The notes below the pieces were generated by a model. That model did no database searches. It saw nothing but the letters and a program-made list of their open reading frames with translations, and had not been told where the DNA came from. 64,000 nt of DNA from an uncultured Puniceicoccaceae bacterium (GTDB lineage Bacteria > Verrucomicrobiota > Verrucomicrobiia > Opitutales > Oceanipulchritudinaceae): contig CAYSHY010000004.1 in the NCBI GenBank assembly GCA_964430955.1, forward strand, positions 9,971 to 73,970, given 5' to 3'. The translations under genes and the position numbers were made by a program. Below are positions 62,976-64,000 of the stretch, one piece after another; position 1 is the stretch's first letter; each line of letters opens with the position of its first letter.

Positions 62976-64000
62976 GGCTTTGCTTCGCTGGTGGTTTTTA
63001 CCTCAATAACATCGTGTGGCGCGGCCTCGCGCATACCGGCGGCGGTAACGCGGATATAGCGAGCGCGCTCCCGCAGCTGAGAGAGATCTTCCGCGCCCAG
63101 GTAGCCCATCCCGCTCTGGATGCCGCCAGCGAGCTGCCGCAACACCGTGTCCAGCGAACCTGACACTTCCTTTAGCGCTTCAATGCCTTCTGCAGCAGCC
63201 TTTTGGAAGCGGAGGCTCTTTGAGTCATGACCATACCGAGCGGCGGAACCAGCCTTCATTGCTTCTAGCGAGGCCATACCGCGGTATTGCTTATAGAACT
63301 TGCCGTTGATCTCGATGACCCTGCCCGGACTTTCACGGCAGCCAGCGAGCAAGCCCCCGAGTATGGCCGCGTCTGCGAGGGTGAGAGCCTTTACGAGGTC
63401 GCCGCTCTTGGAGATGCCGCCATCGGCAAGGATGCGTACGCCCCGTTTTGCGGCAGCGCGGGAGGCTACATAAAGAGCAGTGAGCTGAGGGATGCCCACG
63501 CCGGCCACCACGCGGGTTGTGCAGATACTTCCCGGCCCCTGGCCCACCTTGATAGCGTCTGCCCCGCAATCTGCCAGAAACTCGACGCCCTCTGCGCTGG
63601 TGACGTTGCCAACGACCAATGTTACGCGATCGCCAAACTCGGAACGCAATAGCCGCACCATCTCGCCGACACCTACGGTGTGGGCATGCGCACTTGAGAC
63701 CGCCAGGACATCCAGCCCTTCGCGAACGAGGTCATGTGCGTGGCCCAAAACGCGATCCCGATCGAGCTCGCCGCTCTTTTTGCGGGTAGCACTGATGGCA
63801 GCTCCGCAGACAAGGCGAAAGCTGCTGTCGCGCGCCGGCTTGAGTTCGGATCGCGCTTCCTCCTTAATGCGCTCGATGTCCGTCAGCGTGAACATGCCGC
63901 GCAGGCGGTATTCATCGTCGACTACCAGGAGCTTGTGAATGCCCATGTGGGCGTCAAAGAAGCGGTCTGCCGCCTCGATCGGATCGCCGTCGATCTCTTT
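62972..64000 (-). CDS. guaB: IMP dehydrogenase, 5' end beyond the window
   Basis: The frame stays open to nt 64000 (..[29 protein letters not shown], a CBS subdomain). Catalytic loop [38 protein letters not shown]-like LGGLLAG, YRGMAS. Confidence 0.93.
   Translation of the reverse strand, partial: KEIDGDPIEAADRFFDAHMGIHKLLVVDDEYRLRGMFTLTDIERIKEEARSELKPARDSSFRLVCGAAISATRKKSGELDRDRVLGHAHDLVREGLDVLAVSSAHAHTVGVGEMVRLLRSEFGDRVTLVVGNVTSAEGVEFLADCGADAIKVGQGPGSICTTRVVAGVGIPQLTALYVASRAAAKRGVRILADGGISKSGDLVKALTLADAAILGGLLAGCRESPGRVIEINGKFYKQYRGMASLEAMKAGSAARYGHDSKSLRFQKAAAEGIEALKEVSGSLDTVLRQLAGGIQSGMGYLGAEDLSQLRERARYIRVTAAGMREAAPHDVIEVKTTSEAKP

Noticed and set aside
1-64000. CRISPR arrays, IS elements, rRNA genes and prophage remnants
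   Set aside because: Scanning the intergenic regions and the ORF track showed none: no spaced direct repeats of 25-40 nt, no transposase or integrase motifs, and no rRNA-like sequence. The only periodic repeats are the 10-bp hexamer array and the heptamer run reported above.

Overview
GC-rich bacterial chromosomal window with about 50 protein genes and one tRNA-Leu. I saw no rRNA, CRISPR array, transposase, integrase or phage genes. The backbone is housekeeping: purD, kdsA, aroB, hisC, a ribB fusion, murA, prfA, meaB, ruvB, queG, lysS, three-subunit sdhCAB, a long purA-like gene, a PduO-type adenosyltransferase and the 3' part of guaB. Between these sit accessory envelope and secreted genes: a 5'-truncated FN3/LamG protein, a giant secreted protein of about 1617 aa, a polysaccharide-lyase-like protein, an S1 protease, two tandem PQQ-type sugar dehydrogenases, a sulfotransferase/methyltransferase pair, an NfeD pair and a polytopic glycosyltransferase-like protein. 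Gene content suggests a polysaccharide-degrading Gram-negative, possibly PVC/Verrucomicrobia-like; this is inference only. Two leads stand out. (1) A Trp/Tyr-rich C-terminal tail is shared by six otherwise unrelated envelope proteins, and I cannot assign it to a named family. It is a candidate surface-retention or sorting module. (2) A 302-bp intergenic region holds the hexamer GTCCAT six times at exact 10-bp spacing, plus two inverted copies also 10 bp apart. Secondary leads are the architecture of the giant protein, a divergent 517-aa adenylosuccinate-synthase-like gene, a Lys/Arg-rich disordered protein translationally coupled to a YcnI copper-binding protein, an NfeD pair with no SPFH partner, a tightly coupled TPR operon, a queG-Smr-RHH arrangement and a RibB fusion with a degenerate cyclohydrolase domain. 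The ORF track translates non-ATG starts as M, so several starts below were moved to better-supported internal codons. All functional calls come from motif recognition by eye. No database search was run.
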